Below are positions 63,565-64,000 of a stretch of DNA of 64,000 nt, piece after piece. The notes beneath the pieces are model-generated. The model ran no database searches, was not told the origin of the DNA, and was given only the letters and a program-made list of their open reading frames with translations. A program made the translations under genes and the position numbers. The stretch comes from an uncultured Candidatus Binatia bacterium (GTDB lineage Bacteria; Desulfobacterota; Binatia; UBA9968; CAXXLF01). How positions within the stretch are numbered: the stretch's first letter is position 1; every line of letters begins with the position of its first letter. The stretch lies in contig OZ244621.1 in assembly GCA_965218425.1 (NCBI GenBank), forward strand, positions 832,001 through 896,000, in the 5' to 3' direction.

Positions 63565-64000
63565 TCAATCATCCAACCGATTTCGAGATATCTGCGCTTG
63601 AATCTCCTCCTGTAGGCGTTTCAGTCGAGAACTGAGCTCAACCGAATAAAGGGCAGGACTTCGAAGGGATTTATAGCGATCATCAAGGTGGGCGAATTCC
63701 TCAAGAAAGTTGGCCCGAATCTCTTTGAGACTGGGAAGGGGAGCAATCTTTTTCCCGTTTTCCATGACCTTGTTGAGCAACGCATCTGCCCCTGGATGAC
63801 TCTCTTCACGAAGACCAAGAACGTCCCCCTTGAGCTCAGCCGAACGAAAAATCTGTTTGCGGCCGGGCAAGGATACTTTGCCGGTACTGAGCTTCAAGAC
63901 CGGCCGTCCGTTGTAATCAACCAACTTGTAAGCCATGTCGAGCCAGGGCTGATCCGCGGAGACTCCCATCCGGGTCCCAACGCCGTACAAATCGTAGGGG
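63565..64000 (-). CDS. pncB: Nicotinate phosphoribosyltransferase, C-terminal part (begins beyond window end)
   Basis: YGVGT..SADQPWLDMAYKLV, KLSTGKVSLPGRKQIFR. Confidence 0.92.
   Translation of the reverse strand, partial: PYDLYGVGTRMGVSADQPWLDMAYKLVDYNGRPVLKLSTGKVSLPGRKQIFRSAELKGDVLGLREESHPGADALLNKVMENGKKIAPLPSLKEIRANFLEEFAHLDDRYKSLRSPALYSVELSSRLKRLQEEIQAQISRNRLDD

Overview
Bacterial chromosome segment. Gene order and content resemble deltaproteobacteria-type lineages, possibly Ca. Binatota (inference only). Most of it is core genes: glmS(partial)-glmU, cstA, purMN, the long minus-strand run tilS-ftsH-folP-glmM-pdxJ-nnr-tsaE-lysC-cimA-cysE-mnmA-mtaB-rnc, rpoZ, bioB, pgeF, an acyl-CoA carboxylase trio, tatA/tatB/tatC, fabF-fabH, pyrE and pncB(partial). 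Accessory or decaying patches include an intact IS3-family element with a 4-bp target duplication next to a divergent HhH-GPD DNA glycosylase, an LLM monooxygenase/hydrolase cluster, a cupin-EutA-dienelactone hydrolase cluster, a degenerate IS5-like element and many pseudogenes reduced to N- plus C-terminal stubs. The most unusual signal is a compact stand-alone transcription unit at 49634-49850: a near-consensus sigma70 promoter, a 19-nt tract complementary to the 16S rRNA 3' end, a 13-codon ORF, a hairpin and an intrinsic terminator. Also seen are a ~150-bp structured repeat present twice and degenerate 6-8-nt tandem repeats, often in inverted blocks, in many intergenic spacers. No rRNA, tRNA or CRISPR array was recognised. 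All calls come from reading motifs by eye; no searches were run.
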